From Octopus sinensis (lineage: Eukaryota), in NCBI RefSeq assembly GCF_006345805.1, contig NC_043000.1, positions 158,286,001 to 158,350,000 of the forward strand: a DNA stretch of 64,000 nucleotides, given 5' to 3'. The translations under genes and the position numbers were made by a program. Below the pieces are notes generated by a model. The model was not told where the DNA came from. It saw only the letters and a program-made list of their open reading frames with translations, and ran no database searches. Positions 1 through 13,174 of the stretch are shown piece by piece (the first letter of the stretch is position 1; each line of letters starts with the position of its first letter).

Positions 1-620
1 CACTATTGTGCAACATTTAATTAGAAATGCGCCCTTAAATATGGTTTCTGATTACAAATATCTTGGATCATACATATCATCATCTGGAAAAGACTTTCTA
101 ACTAGAAAGGGTATGGCCTGGTCAGCCTGTAATGACATGCATAAGATCGGGGTCATCAAATCTAAGTAGAGACTTCATACTTGAAATCTTCAAAGCCACA
201 GTCGAACCAATTCTACTATATGGCTCAGAAACCTGGACGTTATCAAAGAAGCTTGAGAGGCGGTTGAATGGAACCTACACTCGCCTCCTTATGAGAGCTC
301 AAAATATCTCGTGGAAGCGTCATCCAACCAAAATGCAAATATATGGGAAACTACCACCTGTGTCATCTCTTGTGAAAGGTAGGAGAGTCCAGTTTGCTGG
401 ACATTGTTGTAGAGCTGAAAAAGAGGTAATTTCTACTCTTCTCCTCTGGAAGCCATCTACTCGCAATACCAGAGGGCGCACACTCTCCTACCCAGATGTA
501 ATCTCCAGGGATACAGGCATCCAGCAACAGGACCTCCGTAATGCCATGATGGACCGTGAAGTTTGGCGTAGCATGGTAAATTCCATTGTCTCGATCACAG
601 TCGAACAATGATGATGAGGA
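1..620 (+). mobile_element. RTE-clade LINE, 3' end of RT ORF (frameshifted, runs off window start)
   Basis: Frame from ~50 reads DYKYLGSYISSSGKDFLTRKGMAWSAC, then shifts into ORF 132-611 with ILLYGSETWTL, RRVQFAGHC and MDREVWR motifs typical of the RTE C-terminus; short (TGA)n tail after the stop. Confidence 0.85.
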
Positions 621-932
621 ATAGTTTAGGAAATGATATCCCCAGTTAGACATTAAGGGCGCGCAACGAAAATATATATTGTGTATACAGATTACAAACA
701 AAAATTTTCCCCTCCTTTTACTCGGGAAGATTAAAACAATTGATAATTTCTGAACATCCCTAGTACAACAGAGGAATATTCTTATTTGTTTCTGGGGGGA
801 AGTTTATGAAACGGTTTCAGGCTGAAATAACAGCGAACGGTATGCTTTAAAACCGCGATAACAAAAGCAAAAAGCATTTGAGGGAACAGAAATCTTGATG
901 CATTTAAATTTCAAGATACCAAGAAAGTGAAA

Positions 933-998
933 GCACACACACATACACACACACACACACCACACACACACACACCACACACACACACACACACACGC
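933..998. repeat. (CA)n microsatellite
   Basis: Seen directly. Confidence 0.95.
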
Positions 999-1585
999 AC
1001 ATTTCCTTGAAAACACAAAAGTTAATGATGTATGACCCGAGGCTGTTATCCATAGACTTCTGCATATGCAGCTAATACTTACATACATGTCAATAATCCA
1101 TGTCGCTAACGGACGTTGAGTATGGAAAAGAGTGTTTGTTAACTGGTAAAAAGTATGCGAATGTCAAATAAGCACTATATTTCATTGGTCTTCCGTTTTA
1201 TGGCATTGTTGTCTCATTCTTTACCGCGCTATGTAATTATTCAAAAACATAATGATATGTCATACTGAGCGTGTTAGACATCATACAATGATGCTACCCT
1301 CATATATGTAAGATCACCCAATTTAATCAACTTCATCTACTTGATGAGTGGCTTTAAGCGACACGGTGAAACGTTATTCAGGAATATTATTGTAGAAATA
1401 TTATTTCAATGAAAGAGACATAAATCTGACATAGAGAATACACACAGAAGTGATTTTGCGGGATCAAAATTAGCACTGGTGTAATGCAATTAAAATATGA
1501 AAGAGATCATTGTTATAGAAGACACTAACATCAACACTTACAGTATGAAAAATCGATTAAGGTTGGTCATCCTTTATTCAATATA

Positions 1586-1845
1586 ATGAATAATAAATGC
1601 GCCCTTTAAAGCCTAGCCATGCTGATGAGCCTGGTTTATCGGTATCAATGGTGTATGTGTTCCCCAGCTGGACTGGACGCCAGTCCATCGCAGCGTTACT
1701 CATTTTTGCCAGCTGAGTGGACTGGAGCAACTTGAAATGAAGTGTTTTGCTGAAGAACACAACGCGTCACCCGGGCCAGGGATCGAAACCACAATCTTAC
1801 GATCATGATACTGAAACTCTAGCCACTAAGCCACGTGCATCCACA
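1586..1845 (-). mobile_element. tRNA-derived SINE (head type 1)
   Basis: Minus strand: A box TGGCTTAGTGG, B-box-like GGTTTCGATCCC, tail CGATGGACTGGCGTCCAGTCCAGCTGGGG. Near-identical TSD TTTATT(C/A)AATATA at 1573-1585 and 1846-1858. Confidence 0.8.
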
Positions 1846-3162
1846 TTTATTAAATATACTAGACTTTAAAATTGCCCACTTTGTATATCTACTACAGACG
1901 TTACTATATATGTATCATGCCGTGATACTATGTGAACTGAATAGACCGTTGACAGGCCTGGTTCTGTTGTGCGTAGCGTTTTGCCCAGGTCCTAAAATAT
2001 TCTTTGGTGATCGGTTTATTCTTATATTAAGGTTAATGTCCTTTTGCTCTCTATTTTTTGCTTAATCCTATTTTCTTTATTAACAAAGACAAATTCTCCT
2101 CTGATTTTCTCAATTATTTACAAAACTTAAGAAAATACATCTGAACAAACACGCAAAGAACATCGTTTAATGAATTTTGTATTTACGTATTTGAACTAAG
2201 CTATCAAATGCTTTACAATCTGACATGTCACACTGTTTTTAACGTTCAATTTTAAGCTGATAGCATAGATTTATTTGTATAGTCTCAGAAATCAGATGGT
2301 TGTAATTGTTCAATTAAAAATGTTGTTTGTTAGCTTGTACACAGTGAATTTAAAACAAATCAGTTTAGAATGGTATAAGATTTTGGAGAATCTGTAATCC
2401 TTTATTTGTGTCAGTTATTGGACTTCGTTGCATTCTTCATTTCTTTCCGAAATATATCGCTCTCGTTAAAATATATACAGGAAAATATTCGAGACATTTC
2501 ATAAATATTTCAAGCGCGATATAGTTATTTAAAAATGATCTTAAATTACCATGAGTTTACCAGAAGTACATAATTTCAACTTTTTCTAAATATGCTTAGA
2601 TAAAGTTTCCTTCTATATAATCGAAATGCGATGAAATTATCTACAGTGTATTCAATATAACTTCATTAACTTTGTGAGTGTATCTTTTCTAAAACATGCT
2701 CAACTTTTCAAAGGATCTTTGGTTTTTACTCTTTTTAGTGTATATGTATTTTTTGGATAGTTATTTCATACCAAGCAAAATAATATTCATTTGAAATAAA
2801 TAAGCACAAAGCTGGAACATCTTAAAAGAGTAGCAGAGGATTAAACCGACCAGTACCTGAAAGCTTCTTAAAAGACGAAATGATAAACGTAGTTTTACAG
2901 GATTAGCTCAGACAGTAAATTTATGAGCAAATACCAAAGGATTGATGTCGAGCATTGTAACAATTCGACTAGCACACACAATAGCAATAACAGCAATTTT
3001 GAAATGCTTTTGATAAATCTCGTATATATTTCTTGGCCATGAAAAAGATTAGTTGACTTCATGCCATATATACATATTTCAATCTTAACTTGATATCATT
3101 GGTGTGATATCCAATTCTAGATTACTTTTCAACATTGTGCAAGGTATGAAATTATTTATTGA

Positions 3163-3228
3163 TGTGTGTGTATCTCTCTCTTTCTCTCTCTCTCTCTGTC
3201 TCTCTCTTCTCTCTCTCTCTCTAGAAAG

Positions 3229-3263
<35 letters not shown>

Positions 3264-3280
3264 ATAAATAAATACACACA

Positions 3281-3311
<31 letters not shown>

Positions 3312-3341
3312 CCACACCACACACACATATATATATATACA
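3163..3341. repeat. compound (TC)n/(TA)n/(CA)n microsatellite
   Basis: Seen directly. Confidence 0.9.
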
Positions 3342-3394
3342 TGTCAGTGAACTTTTCTGCATCTTTTCAGTTAGTATCATCATTATCATCATCG

Positions 3395-3599
3395 CTAGCA
3401 GAAGCGTTACCATGGTGGGCAAAATGCTTAGCAGCCTTTCTTCTGTTTTTATGTTCTGAGTTGAAATTCTGTAAAGGCTGTCTTTGTCTTCCATCCTTTT
3501 GGGAGCGAGGAAATAATTACCGGTTACGCAGCGGGGTCCATGTCATCGAATAGCTCCACTTCCCCGCAACTTCAGGCCTGTATTGTTTTAGTGGAAATG

Positions 3600-3600
<1 letters not shown>
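3395..3600 (+). mobile_element. degenerate copy of the abundant Meta-domain-like SINE
   Basis: GCTAGCAGAAGCGTTAC...AAATGCTTAGC...GTTCTGAGTTGAAATTC matches the 9008 family. Confidence 0.6.
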
Positions 3601-3641
<41 letters not shown>

Positions 3642-3645
3642 ATTA

Positions 3646-3679
<34 letters not shown>

Positions 3680-3702
3680 CATCATCATCATTATTATTAT
3701 TA

Positions 3703-3755
<53 letters not shown>

Positions 3756-3781
3756 ATATTATCATTATTATTATTATTACC

Positions 3782-3812
<31 letters not shown>

Positions 3813-3876
3813 GTATTATCATCATCCTTATTATTATTATTATTATTATTATTTTATTATTATCATTATTATTATC

Positions 3877-3935
<59 letters not shown>

Positions 3936-4315
3936 CATTGAGTGAGAGAGCAGTTCATGCCATCAAAGTGACACTGGGGTAAAATATACGAAGCCCAATA
4001 TACCCATCATGACTACCCGTCTGATAAAGGTACACCAGGCACTTGCATCACAACCATATGTGCGCGACATGGTGATCTCATATCAAGATAAACAGCTCAT
4101 GACCTTGCAGGTGGGGCCCAGTTAGAATTTTCTTCAGGTTGAGTAGCCCATCCCGATCAAACTGGTTAAGGTCAAACAACTGACAGGCAAATCTGTGGTA
4201 TTGAGCAGAATATTTGCTGTAGCCCATCTTTTATACCAAGACATCATTATTATTATTATTGTTATTATTATTATTATCATCATGATTATTATTATTATTA
4301 TTATTACCATTAATA

Positions 4316-4390
<75 letters not shown>

Positions 4391-4448
4391 TATTATTATT
4401 ATTATTATTATTATCATCATAATCATTATTATTATTATTATTATTATT
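3598..4448. repeat. (ATT/ATC)n tract interrupted by a ~300 bp non-microsatellite insert (3939-4242)
   Basis: Seen directly; insert not assigned to a family. Confidence 0.85.
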
Positions 4449-5479
4449 TTAGTCTATGTTTTGACTTTGCTTTACATTTGTACATGTTGGCTCCAAGTCT
4501 CACCCAGAGACCTCAAGAAACAACAAGTTGGAAGTTGATGTTGGTGTTATGTCTAGGGTGCCATATATTTGGTTTTGTACATAGTATTGCTCTAGAGAAT
4601 GTTTTAGAAACAATAAGAAAATTATGTTTCTTTTAAAACTTGAGATTACATAGAAAGTATTTTGCGTAGGATATGGGCAGATCCCATGAGTAATATCTTT
4701 TGAATTTCTGCCATTTTGACGTTTCCTGGTATCTGAGCTAGGTAGCAATCAGCCCTTTTGCTACCGTTCCCAGGGCACCTATGCCAACAGACATTGTTTT
4801 AGTCTTCAGGTTCCACATTTTGTTAATTTCTATTTCAAAATCTTTATATTTGCTCAGTTTTTGGTAGGTCTTCACAGATACATTTATATGGATGTGGACA
4901 GTTATATCAATGATGAGGCATGATTTTTCTGAAGTCTTTCAATATGATGTCTGGCCAATTCGCATCCATCTTTCTGTCAGTTTGAATGGTGAAGTTCCAG
5001 ATGAGTGAGATGTGATTATTTTCAAGCACTGGAGGTTGTTTGTGTTCCCACCAGTTTTTTTCATGGGGCAAATCCAGGTTTTTGCAAATTACCCAGTGAA
5101 TATATTGTGCAGCTCTATCATGCCTGTTGAGGTACTCTGTTGGCGCAAGAAGACTGCACATGGAGACAATATCATCAATAGTTTCATTTTTTGCTGACAT
5201 ACACGACATTTTGGGCTACTGTTGTTCTTTAATATGTTGGCCTGGTAGTTCCTTGTAGGTAGGCATTGATCTTGAGCTGCTATGATAAACCCTTCTGTTT
5301 CAGATTTTAAGCCAGAGGCCATTAGCCATTGATGGGTCAGGGCTTTGTCAATATCGGCATTATTCGCTCTCTTTGGGTATTTGCCATAGAGAGGTTTTTC
5401 TTGCCATTTATCATTCAGAATATCTAAGGCAGCAGTTTTAGTACAGGTTTTCATGCGCTTAGCTTTTTTTCTGCGCTTG

Positions 5480-5480
<1 letters not shown>
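4449..5480 (-). mobile_element. R4/Dong-clade non-LTR retrotransposon, 5'-truncated
   Basis: ORFs 5089-5562 and 4907-5209: WQEKPLYGKY, LKSETEGFIIAAQDQ, CRVC..ETI (zinc knuckle), YLNRHD, WNFTIQTDRKMDANWPDII (restriction-like endonuclease). Flanked by (TAA)n on both sides. Confidence 0.9.
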
Positions 5481-5535
<55 letters not shown>

Positions 5536-5562
5536 GATCATCATCATAATCATCATCTTCAT

Positions 5563-5730
5563 TAAGGCAACGGGCTGGCAGAATCGTGAGCTCGCTGGAC
5601 GAAATGCTTAGAATTATTTCGTCTGTCGCTATGTTCTGAGTTCAAATTTCGCCTAGCTCGACTTTGACTTTCACCTGTTGGGCGTCGATAAATTAATTGC
5701 CAGTGAAACGAATCACTGGGGTGGATGTAA
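5563..5730 (+). mobile_element. Meta-domain-like SINE, 3'-truncated
   Basis: GGCAACGGGCTGGCAGAATCG...GTTCTGAGTTCAAATTTCGCC...GTCGATAAATTAA. Confidence 0.75.
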
Positions 5731-6026
5731 TGAACTTTCACTCCAACTTTCACTAGAGGAACCATGGTGTAACCCACTATGGTGTGGTAAACTTTCAGAC
5801 CTTAGTCTAGATTGCGAATCCTCTGTATCCCAGGATGGTTCAGCTCTCCACCAGTTAAAAGCCACCGATTACGAAAGGAGGATAACAATGTAGCTTTCGC
5901 TCCCGTGCAACCGCCAGTCTATCGCGTGTGGTGGGTGGACCTTCAAGTTGCCACACGCATTCGTAGTGGCTTAGAACAGGCTCAAATTAGAGATAATTCT
6001 TTGTGGCTAATGGCATGAGTCCTGAT

Positions 6027-6668
6027 TTGAAGAAGAAGAAGAAGAAGAAGAAGAAGAAGAAGAAGAAGCAGAAGAAGAAGAAGAAAAGGAAGAAGAAGAA
6101 GAAGAAGACAAAAAAGAAGAAGAAGAAGAAAAGGAAGAAGAAAAAGAAGAAAAGGAAGAAGAAAGAAGACAAAAAAGAAGAAGAAGAAGAAGAAGAAGAA
6201 AAGGAAGAAGAAAGAAGAAGAAGACAAGAAAGAAGAAGGAGAAGAAGAAGAAGAAGAAGAAGATAGAAGAAGACGAGAAGACGAAGAAGAAGAAGAAGAA
6301 GAAGAAAAGAAAGAAGAAAGAAGAAGAAGAGAAAAGAAGAAGAAAGAAGAAGACAAGAAAGAAGAAGGAGAAGAAGAAGAATAAAAGAAGAAGAAGAAGA
6401 AGAAAAGAAGAAGAAGACAAGAAAAGAAGGAGAAGAAGAAGAAGAAGAAGAAGAAAAGAAGAAGAAAAAGAAGAAGAAGACAAGAAAGAAGAAGGAGAAG
6501 AAGAAGAAGAAGAAGAAGAAGATAGAAGAAGACGAAGAAGAAGAAGAAGAAGAAGAAAAGAAGAAGAAGAAGAAGAAGAGAAGAGAAGATAGAAGAAGAA
6601 GAAGAAGAAGACGAAGAAGAAGAAGAAGAAGAAGAAGAAGAAGAAGAAGAAGAAGAAGAAGAAGAAGG
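6027..6668. repeat. ~640 bp (GAA)n polypurine tract, possibly the tail of the element at ~5760-6026
   Basis: Seen directly; source of the spurious poly-K/E/S/F ORFs. Confidence 0.95.
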
Positions 6669-7476
6669 AAAAGCAGCGACAACAGCAGCAAATCACGCAC
6701 AAAGGAAATGTAAATAAAGAAAAATGCCGGCAAACAGAGCAGCAGCAGCAGCAGCGTCATCGATGAGAACAGCAGCTACAGCTGGAGCAGAATCAACAGC
6801 ATCAGCAAGAATTCTGAGGAGGATAAAGTAAGAGTTGATGTAGGAATTCCCAGTGCAAGGGCCAGAAGTATGCTGTTGAACGACTATGCAAAAAACCTCA
6901 TTATTTCATGGAGACCCAGTCATTCAGCTCTAGGACTGACAAACGGGTAACACGTTTCTTTTTATCTTCGCGCTTTTCTACCAGTGTAGAAGGTCAGAGA
7001 GTACAGTGTGTAAATGCTCCTGACCAGGGGTTCATCTGGAGCGGGCTCACCAGCACAATGACATGAGAACATCATGTGTAGATCTGATTGAGATAAAAGT
7101 TTCCGACACATGCAACTTAGCACATATTTTAGACGACTTTGAGATGTTTGCGTCATTTTCTCGAGCTGGAGACAGCGGTGCTGTTTCGGAAAAGCCTGGT
7201 CATCTAAATTCAATGAGTATTTCTGGATGCTAGTTGTAAGTTGGCGGTCCTCGACGTGAATAATGTGATTAGAGGCAAAGCTATGTCTTTAAACTATCCG
7301 CCTTCTACATCCAGTCTGGGTTACGGAAGCGGGTTTGTTCATATACGTGGAGACAATTGTTGATATTTAGTGATAGCTGGTGTCTGGAACGCCATCATGG
7401 ATCCATGTCCGAACTATGTATGTCTATCTGATAGGAAAACCTATAAAATTCTTGGAAGCTACGTAGTTAGCTGACT

Positions 7477-7563
7477 TATAGTTATGGAATGGATTTCCCG
7501 GATGAATAGTTATGGAATGGATTTCCCGGATGTATAGTTATGGAATGGATTTCCCGGATGTAT
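7477..7563. repeat. 28-bp tandem repeat x3
   Basis: (T/A)ATAGTTATGGAATGGATTTCCCGGATG at 7477, 7505 and 7533. Confidence 0.95.
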
Positions 7564-9007
7564 CAATCTGGACATAGGCAAACAATATCGGTTCAACCAG
7601 ACATTGGTCTCAACTTGACATTGAAACCAGCGTCCATGTCAAGAAATGAATATTAGAGTGAGGTAATATAAAATAATAGAACTGTTAGTGGATTCATACT
7701 TAGTATTTTTGTTTGACTTTTAGTTTAGTTGGATGAAGTTGTTTTCTAACTCCAGATTAGCCCTAATGGGGCAACAATATGGCGAAAACACTCCAGAATT
7801 ATACATCCAACATTGTCTATTTTTAGTGCTTCCAGCAACCGAAAAAAAAAAAAAAGGTAATTTGCTAGCGCTCGTTTAAAGAGCGCTAACAAATTAATCC
7901 CAAAGCTTTTCCTACGTCAGTGTCTACTACACTGATGGATCTCCGTCTTTCAGTTCTGTCAACTGAAATACTTGTTAATTACCTGAATTGGCATATTACT
8001 AAGTAGTTAAGAAAATGTGGGACAAGAATTACAACTACAATCTACTCGTTGGACTTTTTACAGTTTCCGTGTACCCAGTTTCAGTGAGACAACAGAAAAA
8101 AAAGGCAAGAAAACACTTGGCTAAGTCCCCACCTAGTGGAATACGAATTCAGGACCTCGTGGTTGCAAAGTGAACTTTATAAGTCTTCAACCATTATTGC
8201 GGTGACAAAGTAAATTATTTTCGTAATTATTTGTAATTATGTGTCTGGCCTAATTTACACTCTGTTTATGAAATGTAATATTACTGTTTTCCATTATTCA
8301 TTATCTCATTTTACAACAGGCTGACTCGATATTTTGAAACTAAATTCCAGCCTAATATTTCTACTGAATCTGTATATCATCTATGATATGGTTTTCCGTT
8401 GTCTTTCTTTCGGAGTAGACAACCTCAGGTTATCAACGCACAGATGCCATAGATGACTCTATATACGAAAGAAACATTTTACTATGATTATTGAGACTGC
8501 TTCATAGAAAATTAGATGTATCCTCGCGATACTGAAATCTGATTATGATAATTACAGTTGCACTTAAATCGAAATATACATTTCTATTTCAAAAATATTA
8601 AATCATTAAATATTTCCACATTTAGATTATAGTCACTTTGAAACAGTTTAGGTTTAGAATTATTTCAGTGTTCGGGAGTCAATATTTAAAGTAATAGTAG
8701 TTTTCAAATTTTTATGCGTTTTGTAAATTCTTTTATGATATATATTTATTTAGCGATTTGACTTTTAGGATCAGTAGGTGATCATTATAATTTTCATTGG
8801 TTGTTTTTCATATTTATTCATATATCCTTAAAGGATAAAAGTAAAAGAAATAAGCTTTATTTATTCCTAACTTTTATTCCTACATTTCAATGTCTGGGAG
8901 GGCAGCGTTCCATGTGCTATTTGTTTCAGTTCTTCATGTTCTGATTTCAAATCCTGCCATTCATTCTTCCGTGCTAGATACAATAAAGAAACAAATAAGT
9001 ACCAGAA

Positions 9008-9435
9008 AGGTGGCGAGCTGGCAGAAACGTTAGCACGCCGGGCGAAATGCTTAGCGATAATTTGTCTGCCGTTACGTTCTGAGTTCAAATTCCGCCGAGG
9101 TCGACTTTGCCTTTCATCCATTCGGGGTCGATTAAATAAATACCATTTACGCACTGGAGTCGATATAATCGACTTAATCCGTTTGTCTGTCCTTGTTTGT
9201 CCCCTCTGTGTTTAGCCCCTTGTGGGTAATAAAGGAATATGTATTTCGTCTGCCATTACGTTCTGAGTTCAAATTCCGCCGAGGTCGACTTTGCCTTTCA
9301 TCCTTTCGTGGTCAATAAATTAAGTACCAGTTACGTACTGGGTCGATCTAATCGACTTAATCCCTTTGTCTGTTCTTGTATGTCCCCACTACATTTTAGC
9401 CCCTTGTGGGCAATAAAGAAATAAGAAACAAATAA
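9008..9435 (+). mobile_element. Meta-domain-like tRNA SINE, head plus two tandem bodies
   Basis: GGCGAGCTGGCAGAAACGTTAG (A box), GAGTTCAAATTCC (B box), GGTCGACTTTGCCTTTCATCC..GGGGTCGAT core; body repeated from ~9241. Confidence 0.85.
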
Positions 9436-10752
9436 ATACCAGGGTCACTAGTATCAACTAATATTCGCCTCACAAATCTGCTATCTTAGTTGCCTAAACC
9501 AGAAATCCTATTTTAATGTATGAAATTATTTACCTTTTATGTATTTCGATGCCTAAGTTTGATAATCTCATACAATCTAAATTTACATCTAGATCTCTTC
9601 ATCGAAATACTATTAAAAAAAACGCTACGAAGATTATTTTGCGAAGTGTATTCCATAACGTATGCGTGGAGTGTGGATATTTAAAGTATTTTTACACCTT
9701 TCATAGTAAAATTTACTCCTTTTAGTGTCCACGTGAATAGTTTATCTTCGGAAGAGATCTTAATATTGTAATCATTGTTTTTATATTTAACCTCGTTTCT
9801 TGAAAATATTTCGTTTTCAGGTGATCTTTGATAACGGTAAGTAGATGATTCCTCTTAATCTCCTTAGCAGTAAGAGTTGACATGTGACGTGTGCTTTTCT
9901 ACTTTATAACTTGCTATTTGATAATATACAGAGAAAGGCTTATTGTGTCATTCAAAATGTATTATAAAGAGGCTAATAAACATTTCGCAGATGTCAACTG
10001 CTTTTACTTTGTAATTGTTCTCTAGTGGAATCTAATGACTTCGTTCTCTGTACATGGGAAGTATATTATCGCTCCGTCACAAGCGGGAAGCTGTATTCGG
10101 GAAGAATTTAAGTGTTTTCCATTTCATTATCGAAGCTCTTCGTATCAGTTAGCCGCCAATTAATTATGTTGAAATCTTGCATTATGAGTGGGATGTATCG
10201 CGTATTTATAGGTATTATCTTACTTCTGGTACTGAGAAGAGTTCTGTATATTTCCTCTTTATCCCTTTCACTTTATCCCCTTTCGTTGTATATGCCTAAA
10301 CAATTTTATCAACTATTGTATTAGAAATTTATGAACACTCGCACACACACAGACTACATAAGCACACACATACATATTATGTATGTATGTATGTATATGT
10401 TGTTTCTATTTTCTAAATATTACTAAATACTTGTACGCTCAACTATTTCATATACAATACATAAAATTTTTCTCATTTTCATAGCACTTTTCTCTAAATG
10501 CTTGGTCATTTTAATATCTCTACTGGACACTTTCCTGTAAACTCGCGACATTACAGCTGTCTTTCCCGGATAATTATTAGGGATAATTATATGTGGGAGG
10601 GTTTATAGATTGTCCGAATTATTTGATCCATTAAAATATAGCCGCTGATATTAAATTGGTCAAGTAGCAAATTCAGAAAATCAATTATGTAGCTAAACCA
10701 AAGTAATATATGCATAAACATCTATATATATCTAGATATTTGCATATGCATA

Positions 10753-10792
<40 letters not shown>

Positions 10793-10928
10793 CAATAAAT
10801 GGTGGGGTTGTGTTGACCGCACGTGGAGAAATGATAAGTAAGGAACAATTTTTCTAAAAATGCAGAATGCTCAAATGAAAGAAAATTTTAATAAAATGGG
10901 AAATTGATAAAATATATATGTATATATT

Positions 10929-10969
10929 TATTCAACCGGTTTTCGTCATTGTATGACTTGTCAAGAATA
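10929..10969 (-). ncRNA. type I hammerhead motif, U3-A8 variant, in an element between (TA)n tracts (~10790-11216)
   Basis: Minus: TATTC TTGACAA GTCAT-ACA-ATGAC GAAA ACCGGT T GAATA. Stems I and II pair perfectly; one extra A in the core. Confidence 0.6.
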
Positions 10970-11215
10970 TTTATGTTTTAAAAAGTTTTTTTTAAATTAG
11001 AAAGGGGAAAAAAAGAAAATTGCATTGTTTTTTGTAAAAGAATAATGATAAAAATGTACAAAAATTAAAAAATAAGTTCTCCGATACATTGTGAGTTCGT
11101 TGTGTATCTTGAGTTTTATGGTTGTTCACGAAAAAATTACCTTGAGGTGTTAAGATCCAAAGGGATTAAGAGCATGTGTTGTGTTGTTTAATTCAGCATG
11201 TTTGCAGGACAGGAA

Positions 11216-11280
<65 letters not shown>

Positions 11281-11281
<1 letters not shown>

Positions 11282-11630
11282 TAGCAGTATCACCGGTGTT
11301 GCTTGGGTTTGTTTCGACCCTTTAGTATTGCAATTTTTGAAAAGTAAAAATTTTTCTAGTTGAAATACACCGAGAAATGGTGACACAGCAGTCAAAAATC
11401 GTAAAAAAATAGGGCTTTTCATAGAAGAAAAGCATCTTTTTGATGCAAATAATTTTTGGTGTTAACATGGTCCGATTTGAATTTTTTCTCCTACAGAATG
11501 AAGAGCAAGCCTTCTTCTATCATACTCTCAATTTTTGTTAACTTGTGCTGCAGGGTCTCGAAGGAGATAGTGTTAGTTGAAGGCTACCAAACCTGCCACA
11601 CACAGACAACTTCAGCTTTATAAATATAGA
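11281..11630 (-). mobile_element. non-autonomous Helitron
   Basis: Minus strand begins TCTATATTTATAAAGCTGAAGTTGTCTGTG and ends ACAAACCCAAGCAACACCGGTGATACTGCTAG; inserted between A and T. Confidence 0.75.
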
Positions 11631-12350
11631 TTTGCTACACACTACTTTCCATCCTTAATAATGAAACTTGGTAGATCCAAAAGTTAAACACACAGGCACA
11701 CACACAGATACACACACACACACAAGTTGAGTTTTATATATATAGATTTCTCCACGGGGATTTCAGGGGAGAGTTTCAGGGAGTCGCTGGCAATGTATCG
11801 TGATGATCAAAAATCCGGCCTGCTAAAATTTAATTAAAGTGATTCAAACTGCAGACTCAACGCAAAATGGTCACATTTAATTCAAAGCGTTAAAAATGTT
11901 ATGAAAACCATTGGTATGTGTTCACAAAGTTCAAACGATTAATACGAAAAAACCCTCCAGGCTACATCCCGAAAATTCATTTCTCTGCCGAATTTCTACA
12001 ATGTTTACGGCGATTCGTTTTTATATCTTGATTTTTAAAATTTTTCATGCAATTTACGCATGCTTGCACGCGTGGTGAACACAGTTCACGTCAAACAGTT
12101 GACTGAGTAAAGTTTACTATTCAATGCATGTGATAAGGCCTAAAGAAACACATTATCGAATTTTGCATTTGCGAGATGAATTTCGGAACAGAAATAGCGC
12201 AGTTCAATTTTCATTCGCCAAAACTTTAAGTTACCCATTTTGGTGGTTCTACGATTTGTTGGCTAGGAGGAGATGTGCTGGGACGTTAAACAGACAGACA
12301 CACACACAAATACACACACAGACACACAAGTTGAGTTTTATATATATAGA
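11631..12350 (-). mobile_element. two further Helitron 5' portions in tandem
   Basis: TCTATATATATAAAACTCAACTTGTGTG termini at 11746 and 12350. Confidence 0.55.
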
Positions 12351-12778
12351 TATATATGTATGTATATACATACATATAAAATATTTTATAATTATATACA
12401 TAATGTTGTAATTATGTATATAATTATAAATTATTTTGTAAAATGTACCGATAAGGTTTTCATTTCCGCACTGACCACCTTGTAAAATTATTATTGACTT
12501 TACCCTATATTAAAATTAATATTTGAAAAATTTATTCCATGATCGAATCTACATTTACTGCTATCCAGATCTTAACACACAATACCTGTGTACAAAAGAG
12601 GGATGTGAATTATACTTGGCGGCATAGCTTTGCAAGTGTGGATGGATATTGGTCATCCAACGTCGCCGAACGAATGCATATTTTGAAATACTCGCAAATT
12701 TACCTTATGGAATACTTCTGTTGCAGTAAGTGAAATACATAGAGAGTTGGGAAAACGTCACCATGAATAAGGAAGAAA

Positions 12779-13174
12779 TCTTATATATAAAAGTGAGGTT
12801 GTGTGTTGTCTGTCTCCTACGATTTAGATTCCTAACTATTCCCACATTTTGCGGTGCAGTTTAGCCAAAACCGGCTATCTTATAGTCGTGATTCATATCG
12901 AGCCCTTCTGGGTATCAGCGCGCGTCTACGATGAGTCTACGATTTTTAAAAAAAATTACCATGAATTTTTCCCATTTTTAATGTATTTTTCGCATATATA
13001 AGGGAAGTAACTCTCTAAAAATTTATTATTAAATCTTAGAACGTAAAAAGCTACAGTAACACCCCCACCTTTGTGGTTAGCCATATTGAGATGGCTATTA
13101 TACTTTACATCTCTAAAAATGCTTATATAGTTATTTCCCTTACAAACCCGAGCAACGCCGGGCGATACTGCTAG
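12779..13174 (+). mobile_element. non-autonomous Helitron
   Basis: A|TCTTATATATAAAAGTGAGGTTGTGTG ... hairpin CCCGAGCAACGCCGGG ... CTAG|T. Confidence 0.85.

Noticed and set aside
7477-7563. CRISPR-like 28-bp repeat
   Set aside because: No spacers and a eukaryotic context; simple tandem duplication.
12385-12430. AT-rich perfect hairpin as an HHR stem II
   Set aside because: No core nucleotides on either side.
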